Shown in pieces: positions 42,949 through 57,862 of a stretch of DNA of 64,000 bases; position 1 is the stretch's first letter; the number at the start of each line of letters is the position of its first letter. The position numbers were made by a program, and so were the translations under genes. This DNA comes from Octopus vulgaris. Its lineage: Eukaryota. The stretch covers positions 14,136,001-14,200,000 of the forward strand of contig OX597837.1 in the NCBI GenBank assembly GCA_951406725.2. The letters are read 5' to 3'. The notes below the pieces were generated by a model. The model searched no databases. It saw nothing but the letters and a program-made list of their open reading frames with translations, and was not told the DNA's origin.

Positions 42949-43800
42949 TATATATCCTTATGTTTCTGCATACAGAACCTTCTCTGTAAAGCTGATAGAA
43001 ATACTGCGAAGAAATTTTATCCAGCTTGCCGCCATATTTTCTCAAGAAAACAACAATAAAAAATGCTGCAATCCTTTAAACTTATGAAATTTTAGCCAAT
43101 CAGAAATTTTAGCCAATCTATTGCCGACATCCTAGAAGTCGACATATCTGTACACGACGGCGAGCGTTTAAAAACTCATCTAACTTGAATTGCTGAAGTT
43201 TGACCAGTTGGAAACATTAAGATTGCTTTGTCTCGGCAGCCAGAACACAAAGCAGAACAAATAACAGTGAAAAGGGAGCGGCTAATTAATACTCGAATCA
43301 ACTAATGACTGCTGATAATTATCTGTACTAAACTTACCTTTATAAAAACAAGAAATATAGTAATGACTTTAACGTAGAAATATTTGTTTTCGGCGGTCAT
43401 TAAGTATTAAACCAACTTTAGAGAGAAACTTAATGGCCTGGCTTTCTTGAGTAAGCTTCGCCTTGGCGTGGTACTGCATAACTGATCACATCTGAACTCA
43501 TGTGAGCAGTTTAAAAGTCTCCAAGCTTTTAGCCATTTCTTAATTATGAGGCTGGATAGAGAACGGGTGAATGCGAGTGGAAAGTAAAGTAGTTTGTTTA
43601 AGATGCAATCGCTGGTAGAGGCCGTGGAAGGAAAACTAAGCAAACAAGCTACTTAACATTAATCTACCCTTATTATTTCGGATATCAATATGTAATGAAT
43701 GGTTCAGACAGGCCACCCTTTGTAAACATGACGTAGCGGAGAGGAAATGCAGCTATGAATATATTTCTTATACATACACACTACACAGTCATAAACGCAT

Positions 43801-43837
<37 letters not shown>

Positions 43838-46354
43838 GACACACACACGCACGCACACGCACTTATTCATATATTCACACATATGGGTACACACACGCAT
43901 CCACCAAATACCGAACAACTACACATATCTACCCACTCACAAACACACACATAGCCACTCATATATACACAAACACACACGCACACACACACACACGCGC
44001 GTACACACATGCATATATATTTGTATGTGTACATACACACATGTTTATAGACATGAGTCCAAGTATGAAGGTAAGTATTATTAGTATATATGGATGTTAG
44101 CAAGTGTGTAGATATCTGTGGATAGGTGTGTTGCTACGTGCGCATACATACGTACATACATACATACATACATACATAGGCATATGTGTGTGTGTGGGTA
44201 ATTACAGGGTGTCAATGAATCACCTCGAACGTTTGTAATCAAAAATAGAAAAAAAAAAGGCAAGATAAGATAAACCAAACATTTTCTTTTTAAATAAACA
44301 GATCCTACAATAAGTAAAATATTTTAAAATATTTTCTTTTTCTATTTCCAGTTTGGTCAGAAGTACTGCAGAGAGGAACGTGTAAAAAAATGTGCTGTTG
44401 AGGGCAGAACTGGAATTATAATGCGCTTCTTGGAAGGGACGACCAACAGGTGAAACGAGGAGCGTAGTAAATGAAGAGAAAGGGAAGATATTGTTTGGTA
44501 AAGGTATTATGTTACTAGATTAAACGCCGCCCTATTCAGCGGTTTTTAAGCTGGCTCCTGTGGAGGGCTCTTCATTAGGCGTTGGGCCCAACAATGACAC
44601 TTCGTGCATTGAGAACATATTAGATTTTATTAAACTTGAACAATATTTTTCGAGCAATGAACAATTTTCATCAAAGCAATGACATAATTTGTCGACTTGG
44701 AACTTATTGCAAAGCTGCATGATAAACAACAGTACCACCACCATCGCCCCCATATCTGCCAGATACACAATTCAGACTTCCGACGCCACCACCATCAATA
44801 CTTTTGACTTCGCCGCTTTCCCCTTCACCACCATCACCTCAGTCTTTCACATTGCTTACTCTCACCGTCACTCTTGACCGCCTCGGCTACCACTACCACC
44901 ACCACCACCACCACCACCATCATCATCATCACCGCTGCCTCTGCCTCTATCACAATTACAGCTCATACTATTACTACCACCCCATTACCATCAGTGTTCA
45001 GTTTGCTAGTTCAGCACGCTGGTTCAGTGTTCAGTCCCTCTTTCTCTCACATACCCATCTTTTCTGTCTTTCCTATCATTACTCCTACTGCCACCATCAA
45101 CACTACTACTTTTAATAAAACATCATCAACTCTCCCTAAATTTCTATGGTCACCCTTTCTCTCCTTCGCTTTCTCTCTCTCTCTGTCTCGCCACCGCCCT
45201 CACCTTGTGTCGAGAGTGGAAAAGAATAAATATATTTAAGTTAGGGCACCAAGCTGGCAGAACCCGGAACCATGTTGTTGAGAAGCAAGCTTCTTACCAC
45301 ACAGCCATGCATTTTTTTTAAAACAAAAAGTAAAAACTGCAAATTTAGAAATAAGGAAATAAATTATTAGAAATGTCTTATTATTTATTTATTGCTTTGT
45401 TTTTGTTTTTGTTTTTCACATTGAATTTCTTGGAATTTACCAATCACGACCTCGCGTATGTGGAGCCCCGAGCAAACTGTTCGAATTACTCGTATCTTGA
45501 GCCGGCCCTGGTTATAGCCACGAACAAAAGCATAGTATAAGATATAGCAAAAAAATAAAAAGAAGAAGAAAGGAAGAGAGTCAATGACCTTAATTTTCAT
45601 ACTTCTATGATTGCTCAGAAAATAGTTGTGCTACTTTCTTTGAATCTACTCCGATCGTCCAGTTATTTTTAATAGTCAAAGGAGTGTTAATATCACCGGA
45701 AAATAAGTGAAAACCGCGATTAGCGAAAAATATAAATAAAAATGGAGCTGGTTGGGGTCTTTTTGCTGTTAAAAAGCATTTGTGAAAGAAATGAGTATCT
45801 TTTGAATAAATGCAATGTTTGTTTAAGACATTTGTTTACATTACTGAACTGATAAAGAAAATATTTGGTTTGTGAAAACATCTGAAGACGAATATTGAAA
45901 GGGTCGAAAGAGGACAGAAGGATTCGTGCATTGTTGAAGGGAGAATAGCATTTAAGAGAAATAAAGCTGTGGGCGAAACTAACAAAGGCCGAATGATTGT
46001 GGAGATGAGACAAGTTTTAATGTGAACAACCAAGGACGAATTGGTATTTTGTGGGTGACGGAGTTATTACTAGCGTACCACCGTTGAAACAACTAGCCTC
46101 GAAGAAGAAAAGCAACCACAATGAAATAATGTCTGTCTGACATTAGTCATAAGACCAGAAACTTTAGGTGAGAGAAGAGTCGATTAAGTTAACATCCATT
46201 AATTGCCTGGTACTTAATGTTACCGACATAAAGGGCCATAACATAATGATTTCTGACACAGGCTCAAGGCCACTGACGCATTTTAATGGAATGATATCGG
46301 TGATTAAATCGAACCAACTCTTTGATTGGTGGTTTTATTTTATATCAGTAAACT

Positions 46355-46852
46355 ATACTGGCACTCCGTCGGTTACGACGACGAGTGTTCCACAGGATCG
46401 GATCACGGTAGAGGCAATTCGGGCAGTCGCCCGGGGCGCCATGTGTTAGGGGGCGCCAAGGAGGGTGTGACAAAGACAAGGAAATTTCCATGACCGTCCG
46501 CTTGTACATGCCAAAGTTCAGCTTGCCCGGGGCGCCAGCAACCCTAGGGCCAGCCCTGGGGTTCCAGTTGATCCGATCAATAGAACAGCCTGCTCGTGAA
46601 ATTGATATGCAAGTGGCTGAACATTCCACGGTTACGCATACCCTTAACGTGGTTCTCAAGAAGATTCAGTGGGACACAGAATGTGACAAGGTTGGCCCTT
46701 TGAAATACAGGTACATCTCGTTTTTGCCTGCTGAGTGGACTGGGGCAACGGGTAAATAAAGTGTCTTGCTGAAGGACACAACGCACTCCCGGAAATCGAA
46801 CTCTTGATCTTACTATCGTGAGCCGATTACCCTTAACCAACAAGCCACGCGT
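46355..46852 (-). mobile_element. CORE-like SINE, family 3, interrupted by a GC-rich hAT-like MITE (about 46405-46558)
   Basis: Homologous to 63748-64000, 12235-12355, 23350-23490 and the head part of 27040-27298; the insert ends CCTAGGGCCAGCCCTG. Confidence 0.75.
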
Positions 46853-47305
46853 CTTATAGATACAGGAACAATAAAAAGCGAAGTTGACGTCTGCGAGATT
46901 TAAACTCAATACATCAGTGTCATAATTAAATAACACGAACTCTCTACCAAATCTGCCAATCAGGTGACATTGACCAATGAACCATTCAAGTAATGAAGGC
47001 TCTCAGGGAACAGAACGGTGCGCCAGAATGCGAGATTGTTTCGTTACACAAGTCTTCGCTTTCTTTACTGTGTCGCAGATACCTTTCCTTGAGATTCCAA
47101 CTTGAATGTTTAAATTCTGAAACTAAAATAGATGACGTGTAATATTTCTATATTTGGTAATATAGACCGAAGATGGATGTTCTTGGTAAACAATTCCATA
47201 TATGGTAATGTTTTGCTTGTCAAAACGTTTCCATATGTAGTTTAATTTTCGTTCCTAAAATTGCTGCCAGAACATTCTGTGTTTAGCCCCTTGTGGGTAA
47301 TAAAG

Positions 47306-47338
<33 letters not shown>

Positions 47339-49360
47339 TAGAATTCAGATTTCTTTGATGAATGTAATGCTTATATATTCACGCATTTTCCTGTAGCTTC
47401 AAGATTTCGCTGAATTGATTGCTTATTTTTAAAATAACGTTAAAGGGTAGCCATGAGGGTCATGATTTGTCTGTTTTGAACACAGAACGGGTAGAATATT
47501 GGGGCCAGATGCAGCCAGTTTCAATGCTGAACGGTTAAAATGAACCCAAGAGTCAACTCAGTGGTGGGTGACTATTTAGCTTTTGGCAGCCCGAAGCTGT
47601 GTGTGCTTTTAGACTCGCGTTTGATTAGAATTTTCATCCAACTTTCTTCATTGAAAAATTATTCATGTCACCACTAACAATTATACTTTTGTCTTTTTCT
47701 GACAATTCGTAATTCATACGCAGGTCGTTGTATTAATTAATTCAACACATTTTAAAGTCAAGTGGAAAGTGTTATCAATAAAACTTGAGTGAAGATAAAT
47801 CCGTCTTTGGCTCATAATCCAACACGTCAACATAACTTCCACCAAAGTAAAATCCATTTTTAAACTCAACGTAGGAGGTTTCCTTGTCTACGCAAATATC
47901 TATAAAGATCTACATCCTGGCTGAGATAGTATAATTCGATTTAAGTACCAGTCGATGGAATTCTCCAAATTTTCAGGCTTTGTGCCTATAGTAGAAAAGA
48001 ATGCTTAGCACATCGGATAAAATGCTAAGAAGCATTTCCTCCGGCTTTTTAGTTGAAATCTCGACTTTGATTCAGTTACCTTTTTTTTCTGCCGGGGTTG
48101 ATGAAATAAACACCAGTTGAGCTCAGAAGCTGATTTAAGCGACTTAACCCTGCCTTAAAATGCTTAGCGGCATTTTGTCTGTCTCTATGTTCTGAGTTCA
48201 AATTCTGCTGAGGTCGACTTCGATTTCATCCTTTCGGGGTCAATAAAATAAGTACCAGCTGCGTACTGATGTCGACTTCTTTCTCTCTCTCCTCAAAAAC
48301 TGCTGGCTCTGTACCAAATTTTGAAACCATTATTTTCCCTTAAAGAATGTGTAACGTAGTGTAGCAATTCTCATCCTTATTACAACCGAATATTATGTTA
48401 TGCCATTTATCATGCGATGGCTGATTTGTCTCTTGAACCGGATCTGTGGCTTCAACTTCATTCGTTGAACGAAGTATTGATACAAGGACCTCTTATCACC
48501 GCTTCTTAAAGGCACTTTGCAAGGTTTTGTTGCTGTAAGATATGTAGTCGCGGTTATCTCAGCTTGTACACACATATATAACAACACACAAGTAGGTATT
48601 TGACACTTAAGTCTTAGCTAAAGCAGACATATTATAATAAGGAAGAAAACGTAACGGCACTTCACTCTGTTCCCAGACACCTCGACGTGTAAATGCTATA
48701 ATAGGCTCTACCGGTCACGAGTAGAAGTGAATGTTGTTGCTTGGCTTCGTATCAGCTCTGATGAAGCAGACCTATGAGCAGAAACATTACAGCTGTGATC
48801 ATCCCGTTTTTCATTAACGCAGGGTGTCCCTTACTTAAACCCTTCGTTCCTTATGAAGTATAAGTCATCGACCACTTCTCTCTCTTGTTCTTGACTCTGG
48901 GATGTCTTTTTTCTGCTTCTCTTCAGTTGGATCTCTGCATTTCGTCAATGCCTCAGTTTCTCGTCCCCCAGCTATTTTTAAGGCGACTTCTTTCCAGCCT
49001 CCTTTTCGGGTTCCAGATCAGGGTCGCATCATATATTGTACAACTCGAAGGACTTTCTTCACAAAGTCCTTTAAGTAGTACAGGAAGAATTTCTTTCAAT
49101 TGAAAAAGGCAAAAACCAGGGCATTATATTTCCTCTTCTTCCCAAGCCCTTCTTTGAAAAGGGCAAAGAACTCATTCGGTCACGAATGACTATGGGATCG
49201 CACCAAGAAAGTTTATGGAAGACCAGCAGTTGCCCATGCCTACCAGCCTCCCCACTCCACTCCACCGATGTTATCCAAGGGAATGGCAAAGGGGCCAATA
49301 CAGCTTGGCGCCAATGAAGTCGCAACTCATTTCTACAGCCGAGTGAGCTGGAGCGGCGGG

Positions 49361-49389
<29 letters not shown>

Positions 49390-49395
<6 letters not shown>

Positions 49396-49595
49396 AACAA
49401 GGAAAACATAAAAAACACAGCAACGCGAGGACGTGGAACAAATATAGTATTATTGGACGCTCAGGAAAGAAGGAAAGAAGGAGGGTTTAACGTTTCGAGC
49501 GGAGCTCTTCGTCGGAAACATAGGAGAAGGAAAGATCCAGAGAAGGGAAGACAGAGGGAAAAAAATCGCCAACGGTACACACGAGGTCACATATT
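49390..49595 (-). mobile_element. Hammerhead-like element, second subfamily
   Basis: GTTT-CCGACGA-AGAGC-TCC-GCTC-GAAACGTT-AAAC at 49519-49485; near-identical copy at 14180-14300. Confidence 0.65.
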
Positions 49596-49711
49596 TATAT
49601 ATATGCATGTTCGTATCTGAGTCTATGAACACGCACACATACACACCTACACTCACATACACACACATGTGTGTGTATATGTGTGTGTATGTGTATGCGT
49701 GTGTGTGTGTA

Positions 49712-49763
<52 letters not shown>

Positions 49764-49869
49764 CAAACCTGACGGACTTTTGCACCGTTTCCGTCCACCA
49801 TATTACCTCACAAGACATTAGTCAGCCCTGGACTATAAAGTATGCAAACGTTAAAAAAAGGTAGTGGTT

Positions 49870-50330
49870 GGGTGATAGAGATGTGACTCTCCTAATATAG
49901 GATGACCTCTAGGGATAATCGAGGAACCTCACTGTCCGAGATCTCTCTGAAACCCCAGGAGCAAGTGCCCTCTCAAATTCCCTTTCCCCGAACGACAGGT
50001 CTACACTTAGAGAGGTTCCATCCACTCTTGCCATTCTCGCATCTTTCACTCACCTTTCAATAAACTCACTCGAGGACAACACTTCCCTCTCCACTCTCAA
50101 TTTCCTTTTCAAGTGAAACTCGAAGAAGTCAATGAGACTTCCTCTACCAAAAATAAATGTATTTGTCCTCATGCCTTTCAGCCTTGTCCACTGGACAACC
50201 TCTTTCGCCACAGCCACCAGGCAAAGGAAAACTGCCTTACCTACCCGCTTACAGGTGAGCGGCAGGGCAATCATCACTGTGGACTCGGCCGACAGACGGA
50301 TCCGTCCCACACGTGACTGCGGCTGTTCGA
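49870..50330 (-). mobile_element. Tx1/L1-like LINE ORF2 C-terminus plus 3' UTR
   Basis: FLCLVAVAKEVVQWTRLK...LIDFFEFHLKRKLRVERE...FIER(W) resembles Tx1-type ORF2 ends. Confidence 0.55.
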
Positions 50331-50754
50331 CATAACCCTAAATAACAATATACCCACTCTATTGTGTAATATGTGAACGCCTAATTATTTTCTCTGACTC
50401 ACGAGAACTTATTTGACACACCTACACACAGGTGCGCGCACGCACACAATAACACAAACACACTCAGCAAATACAAATAACAAAAAAACAACGTAAGTGC
50501 GAAAGTCGTTCGCAGTGCATAGTATTCGGTTGACGGTCAAAGAAGGTAAACGGTAGGAGTAGAAGCACAACGTTTCGGACATAATCTTTCTTTGGACGCG
50601 AGACGAAAGTCCAGGAGAGTCTGAGAAGAGAAGGGAGAGAGAGAGGAAGAGGATGAAAAAAAAAGGAGAGACAGGAAAAAATACACGAGTTAAGTTCACA
50701 CGTTCGACCTCTGAGTGACTGGAAGAGTGACGTCTATCTATCTGTCAATAACTA

Positions 50755-50785
<31 letters not shown>

Positions 50786-50842
50786 CGATGATGAAGATGA
50801 TGATGATGACGACGATGATGATGATGATGTTAGTAGTAGTAA

Positions 50843-50987
<145 letters not shown>

Positions 50988-51312
50988 CTAGGATCAGTCA
51001 GCCTAACGTGGTAAATGCAGTTGGTTAGTCTCTGGCATAAATGAGTCGATTATTGATCAATAAAATTTATTAACCAAATATAGTTCCATAGCAAGTTTAA
51101 ACAGAAAATTCCGATGAGAGGACAGATGCTATACGAGTCCATTTCGAAAACAGAAAAAAGTTGCTCATAGTGCGATGATCAAATTTGAACATTTTAAAAT
51201 GATGGGAAAAGTAGTCGAGAACTACAACTGTTTCAAAAATAAATCGGGATCCATCTTACGCAAAATTGTGAATGTCTCGTGGCTAACCAGTGTATTTTCT
51301 CATTAGGTACAT

Positions 51313-51726
51313 GCGGCGAGCTGGCAGAAACGCTAGCACGCCGGGCGAAATGCTTAGCAGTATTTCGTCTGCCGTTACGTTCTGAGTTCAAATTCCGCCA
51401 AGGTCGATTTTGCCTTTCATCCTTTCGGGGTCGCTTAAATAAGTACCAGTTACGCACTGGGGTCGATGTAATCGACTTAATCCGTTTGTCTGTCCTTGTT
51501 TGTCCTCTCTGTGCTTAGCCCCTTGTGGGTAGTAAAGAAATACGTATTTCGTCTGTCGCTACGTTCTGAGCTCAAATTCCGCCGAGGTCGACTTTGCCTT
51601 TCATCATTTCGGGTTCGATAAATTAAGTACCAGTTACGCACTGGGGTCGATATAAACGACTTAATCCGTTTGTCTGTCCTTGCTTGTTCTCTCTGTGTTT
51701 AGTCCCTTGTGGGCAATAAAGAAATA
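51313..51726 (+). mobile_element. SINE family 1 dimer
   Basis: Full unit, junction AAGAAATAC|GTATTTCGTCTG at about 51543, then a headless unit; possible TSD TAGGTACAT / TATGTACAT. Confidence 0.9.
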
Positions 51727-52989
51727 TGTACATACGATTGTTCAATTGAAAATAATAACTCGTCGTAATGGAGAATGCGAAAGGAAGCTAAGCTAGCAGA
51801 AAGAATAATAATAAGAAGAAAAAGGTTACTAGCGAGTAGCATGCCTTTAGCGAGATAGATAGGGGTGGGGTTTCATTTTGTTATCAGAATGCTCAAGTTA
51901 TTGTAGAGGCCACAATAGATTCGAATCTCATTCATGCATATGTGGCGTCAAGGATGGGAAACTAGAAACTGGTATGTTTTTGTTTCGGAGAGATAAATAT
52001 GAGTAATAAAAGGTCAAATGAAAAAAAAAAAACAAAAAACAAAAAACAAAAAAAAACAGGGCAGAGCAAAGAAGGGAATGCGGAAACATATAAGAAGAAT
52101 AATAAGGACAAATTAAGTGGCGGCGATTGGTTACTTATATGTACACACAAATGAAAACACCATTCAATTTCACCTTCTTTGATTCTCTCTCCTAGCCTGG
52201 ATTTTTTTTTCTTTTTTGTATTCACCATTACGGTTGACTGTTTTCAACTGAATGGTCGTGTGTACCCGATGAAAATGTACACGGGTAGCTATGAGACATT
52301 CATAATGCACCCGGTGTGCATTTTTTCAAACAGCTGCAGAACTTGACTTACTCTTTCATTTTTTTTTTGTGGCACGTAAAATGCACCATTCGAGCGTGGC
52401 CGGTGCCAGTGCCGCCTGACTGGCACCCATGCCAACCTCTCTCGGAGTGGTTGGCGTTAGGAAGGAGATCCAGCTGTAGAAACCTTGCCAAATCAGACTG
52501 GAGCCTGGTGAAACTCCTAGTGTACCAGTTCTTAGTCAAACCATCCAACCCATACCAGCATGGAAAACGGATGTTAAACGATGATGTTGATATACATACA
52601 AACACAACACATACATACATACATACATACATACATACATACATACATACATACATACACACACACATACATACATACATACATACATACATACATACAT
52701 ACATACATACATACATACATACATACATACATACATACATACACACATACATACATACATACATACATACATACATACATACACACATACATACATACAT
52801 ACACATACATACATACATACATACATACATACATACATACATACATACATACATACATACACACATACACACATACATACATACATACATACATACATAC
52901 ATACATACATACATACATACATACATTCATACATACATACATACATACATGCATACATACATACATACATACATACATACACACACACA

Positions 52990-53130
52990 TATGGCATTCG
53001 CCATGATAGATCGCTAGCCACTACACATTCTTTATTTTCTCTCCTTGTTTCTTTCTGTGTTCCTTTCTGTCGAAGAGCGTAGGCTCGAAACGTTAAAGAC
53101 TTTTTCACTCCCCAAGCGTTATACTAATAC
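52990..53130 (+). mobile_element. Hammerhead-like element copy
   Basis: CTTT-CTGTCGA-AGAGC-GTAG-GCTC-GAAACGTT-AAAG at 53063-53098. Confidence 0.65.
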
Positions 53131-53858
53131 ATATATATATATACACACACTCAAGCGTATATGAAGTGTTTCTGTAGAGATGCTTTCTTTTTAATTTCAC
53201 TCATATGCTATTATTTACCAAATGTGTAGCTATTATATTATAGATCGGGATCGAACTAGCAACCACTTAGTTATGAACTACACATCCATACTCTTCCATG
53301 AATCCACGAACGACATATACCAACATCTCGAAATTGATTCAGTTGATAGAATATTCCATTTCTGGCGTCTCACAATCGGGTAAGAGATCCAATTTAGCAA
53401 AAGTTTTCTGTCAGCCTGTCAACTCAACGACACTCGACACTAGCTACGCTTGTTAGTCAGGACTGAATAATTCATAGGTAAATTTTCACATTGACACCGA
53501 ACTCTATTCTTTTGAAATAAAAGGAAGGAAAAATTTACATAAAAGTTCTTTAGAAATGTTCAGCGGTTTCATTTTCGTTTGCTTTCATCGTTCTCGCCGC
53601 CATTGCTATTTATGGCTGACAATAGTCTTCTCGTGAGATTCATTAGTTTATTTCTTCATACGTGTGGAGAAACGAATGCTGTTGTTGCGGCTACAAACTT
53701 ACATCATGGTGTGACCAATCACCAGTTGCTGGATCTTGCTCGACGGTGAGAGAGGGACAAGGGAGTATCTGTACAACGTTGCAGAGTAACAGAATCACGA
53801 GGGGCTTCGTGCCTTTGTTTGAAAAGAATCACTTAAAGATATACGTATACACACATAG

Positions 53859-53963
53859 ATGATGGTGATGGTGATGATGATGATGACGATGATGATGATG
53901 ATGATGATGATGATGACGATGACGATGATGATGATGATGATGATGACGATGATGACGATGATG

Positions 53964-53995
<32 letters not shown>

Positions 53996-54157
53996 GATGA
54001 TGATGACGATGATGATGATGACGATGATGACGATGATGATGATGATGATGATGATGACGATGATGATGATGATGATGATGATGATGACGATGATGATGAT
54101 GATGACGATGATGATGATGACGATGATGATGATGATGACGATGATGATGACGATGAC

Positions 54158-54203
<46 letters not shown>

Positions 54204-54244
54204 ATGACGACGACGACGATGATGATGATGATGATGATGATGAC

Positions 54245-54279
<35 letters not shown>

Positions 54280-54372
54280 CGATGATGATGATGATGACGA
54301 TGATGATGATGACGATGATGATGACGATGACGATGATGATGATGATGATGATGATGGTGATGGTGGTGGTGG

Positions 54373-54422
<50 letters not shown>

Positions 54423-54463
54423 ATGACGACGACGACGATGATGATGATGATGATGATGATGAC

Positions 54464-54498
<35 letters not shown>

Positions 54499-54665
54499 CG
54501 ATGATGATGATGATGACGATGATGATGATGATGACGATGATGATGACGATGACGATGATGATGATGATGATGATGATGGTGATGGTGGTGGTGGTGATGA
54601 TGATGATGATGATGACGATGATGATGATGATGGTGATGATGATGGTGGTGGTGGTGACGACGATG
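53859..54665. repeat. (GAT)n tract with GAC/GGT variants, about 800 bp
   Basis: Directly visible; internal duplication of about 220 bp. Confidence 0.95.
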
Positions 54666-55874
54666 AATCCAGATAAAAACAGAAAGAAAATGGGATTTAA
54701 AAAGCGTCTTGAAGTTGTTGACAGGTTTATTTTCAAAAAAGACATTAAGACGTTCATACCGACCATTGCAATCATAAATGTCACAAAATGTTTCCATTTG
54801 AATAAATAAATAATTTAGACTGCATATATTATTTAAAAAAAAAAATATATATATATATGAAAAAAACCAAACAATTGAAACACCATTGACAAATAACAAT
54901 ACCATATCAATTACCAAAAATATCAGATTTCAATAGAAAATGTAGAATTTATGTAAAATGTGGATTATTTCGATATTCCTTGACCTGAATCTGAGACAAT
55001 TCATAGCTGGGATCTGCTTTTTTGGTGGCACAGAATTAAGTGAGGTTCAGCGTATAGTTGTGAGAGCAACCGATTGATTTTAGATCGATTGGTTTTTAAT
55101 GATGAATAATTAAACCCCACGAGTGACTTTGAGCAGAGTTATTCTTGAAGAATTTGAGGTTTCACTCATGCATGACGAGGATTCAAAATATGTCGATTTG
55201 GTTGAGTGAATAAGCTGTACATGAAGAACAACCACTGTTTAAGAGTGTGATGTTGGATTATGAGATAATCTGGGATGAAGCTTTTGCTTGACTTGTAATA
55301 TTCTCTTATTGCTAACTTTTTCTTTTTTATTTTCTTCTTCTTTTTTTTAAAATATTTTTTCACAATAGTAATATTTAATATTATTATATACATTTGATAA
55401 CTTTCATTTCAGAATTCCACTGAAGTAATCCCAAAATAATAACAGATGATAAATAAGGATAATAATAATAATAATAATAAGAAGAAGAATCAGAATCAGA
55501 ATCATGATGATGATGATGATGATGATGATGATAATAATAATAATAATGATAATAACAACATTAATAATCATTTCTATTATACGCACAAGGCCTGGATTTT
55601 GTGGGGAGGGGACAATCAATCGCACTGATCCCAGTATTCAACTGGTACTTATTTTATTGATGCCAAAAGAATGACAGGCAAAGTCAGCCCCAGCAGAATT
55701 TAAACTCAGGACATAGAGACAGACCAAATGCCACCAAGAATTTTGCCCAGCGTGCTAACACCCCTGCCAGCTTGCTACCTCAAAAAAAATATATATAATT
55801 AATAATAATAAAGTCAACTGCTAAACTTTAATTTGAGCTTCAGTGATAAATCTGGAAGATATCAATTAGTTTGT

Positions 55875-56838
55875 TTAATTATAATTATCATTTTTATCTG
55901 AACCTAATTGCATTTCACAGTAGACGTTTGAATTATATAAGTCTTCGTTAAAGTCTGTTGGAGAAGGTGGGGGAGGAAAAATAAAGTTACTGTTTGATGA
56001 TGTTTGCCTTGGTATTTTATAATGGTTTGGTTCGAGAAAGTTTCCTTGAGGGATGTTACCATTCTCTACATTCAGATCATAGGTCAAGTCTGCGTTAGCA
56101 GCAGGAAGGTTTTCCCTGATGAGATAATTATCGTTTTGGAATGTTGGTGAAGGAAGAAAATTTTGGTCCTCTGATACGGTATCGTAGATTGGATGGACGA
56201 CCGGAGTCTTGTAGTATTCACCTTGCCTTGAAGAATTGCTGCTATCATAGTTGTCAACGGTCATTGGTGAAATCGGTGGAGTATTATGGGAAGTGGGATA
56301 ATACATATCCTTGTCATCATCGGACAAAAACGATTCCAAAGGAGGAGGAAGAAATTCCAGCTTCTCATTGTCACATGCCGGTTGAGACGAAAAACTGTTT
56401 TTGTTCCGTCGAAGTGTGTTTTGTTCACTGGGAGGTGCAGAAAATGTTATGTTAGCATAATGGCTGTTGCCTGGAAGTGTATCTGCTTCTTGACAGGAAG
56501 ACATCTCATATTTTGGAATCTTGGTTGATTTCCTGGCTAAGGAACCAATGCGATCAACGGATGTTTCTTCTGGGATATTTGTCATTTCAAAATCATTCAA
56601 GTAATGGTTACTTAGCTCACCATTTTGATCGCTGTGTCTCCGATCAAAGGAGTTGGGTGTTTTCTTTTTAGTGACAGCTTGCAACGTGCTGTAAGTGGAA
56701 ACCCTGAGAGGACTTCGACGAATGGAGATGTAGTGGTCTTCATTATAGTTATAAGGGTCCTGCTTGTTTTCTAGTTTTGAAGGATTGAAAACGGAGGATT
56801 TTTGAAGTTGAGACAATCTTCTCTTCCTTCTTTTCACT
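55875..56838 (-). CDS. Receptor gene, terminal exon E: 320-aa cytoplasmic tail
   Basis: Acceptor gttctttgcag|, phase 2 matching exon D; long non-repetitive ORF ending at TAA 55875; 19 Tyr, FPPPPSP and LPPP motifs. Confidence 0.9.
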
Positions 56839-57102
56839 CTGCAAAGAACATCAGAAAGAAAATGGTTACTATCAAAAGAATAATGAATTTAAAAAAAAAA
56901 AGAGACAAGGGAGAGGAGGAAGAGGAGGAAGAGAAGGGGTAGAAAGAGTTTAAGTAGCAAGAGGAGAAGCAGGAGGAGAAAGAAGAGGAAGCAGAATGTT
57001 TTGTTGTGGGTCCATTAATGAAGGAGAGAGGTCTTTGTAATTGGACGTTCTTCAGACGAAGGCATTTCTGCCAAGACGGAGCAATCAGGGTTCGTTACTT
57101 AC

Positions 57103-57184
57103 CTTCGACAATACAAAACGATTCCAATTAATGCCAGGACCAGAATCAAGAGAATCGCTGCGGCGGCACCACCGATGGCATAAA
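57103..57184 (-). CDS. Receptor gene, exon D: transmembrane helix
   Basis: Acceptor ccattgcag| and donor gaag|gtaagt; 82 nt, phase 1-2. VYAIGGAAAAILLILVLALIGIVLYCR is followed by the basic stop-transfer RVKRRKRR. Not in the ORF track. Confidence 0.88.
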
Positions 57185-57862
57185 CTGCAATGGAGACGGC
57201 GTAACTATAGTAACCAAGCATTAACAACGACAATAGTAGTAGTAGTAGTAGTAGTAGTGATGGTGGTGGTGGTATGGTGGTGGTAGTAGTGGTGGTTGTG
57301 GTGGTGGTGGTGGTGGTAGTAGTGGTGGTTGTGGTGGTAGTGATAGTGGTGGTGGTAGTGGTGTTGTTGATGATAGTGGTGGTAGTAGTAGTGGTGGTGA
57401 TAGTAGTGTTGTTGATGGTGGTGGTGGTAGTAGTAGTTGTAGTGGTGGTAGTAGTAACAAGAACAAGAGTGGTATTAGTAATAACAACAACAACAACAAC
57501 AGTAGTAGAAAAAGAGGACGACAGTTTGTGGTGTTTGGTCAGTTAGAAATAAAGAAAAATGTGAGGTGTGGGGGTGAGAGAGAGAAGAGAGAGGACAGCG
57601 AGGGAGAGGACAGCGAGAGAAAGAGAGCGAGGGGGAGAGGAGAGATAGTGAATAAGAGAGAGGAGAGAGAGACACCAAAAAAGGAGAGGGGTGAGAAGAC
57701 AATGAGAAAGAGAGAGAAAGACTGAAAGAGAGAGAAAGCTAGAGAAGGAGTGAAAGGAGAGAGAGACACGAAAAGAGAATGAATGAGAGAGAGGGGGAAA
57801 GAGATACCAAAAGAGAGAGAGAGAAAGGGAGTTGGAGAAGAATGTTCTTTTTTTTTTTTTAC

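Noticed and set aside
44532-44768. 78-aa Cys-containing minus-strand ORF as an exon
   Set aside because: Plausible acceptor but no linkable exon or recognisable domain. The same applies to candidates at 8455-8769, 12622-12740, 32799-32855, 37920-37961 and 43407-43643.
53795-54917. Poly-His/Ile/Met ORFs over 300 aa
   Set aside because: A (GAT)n tract is open in several frames by construction.
57185-57204. Alternative upstream acceptor for the TM exon
   Set aside because: Shifts the frame and hits a TGA.
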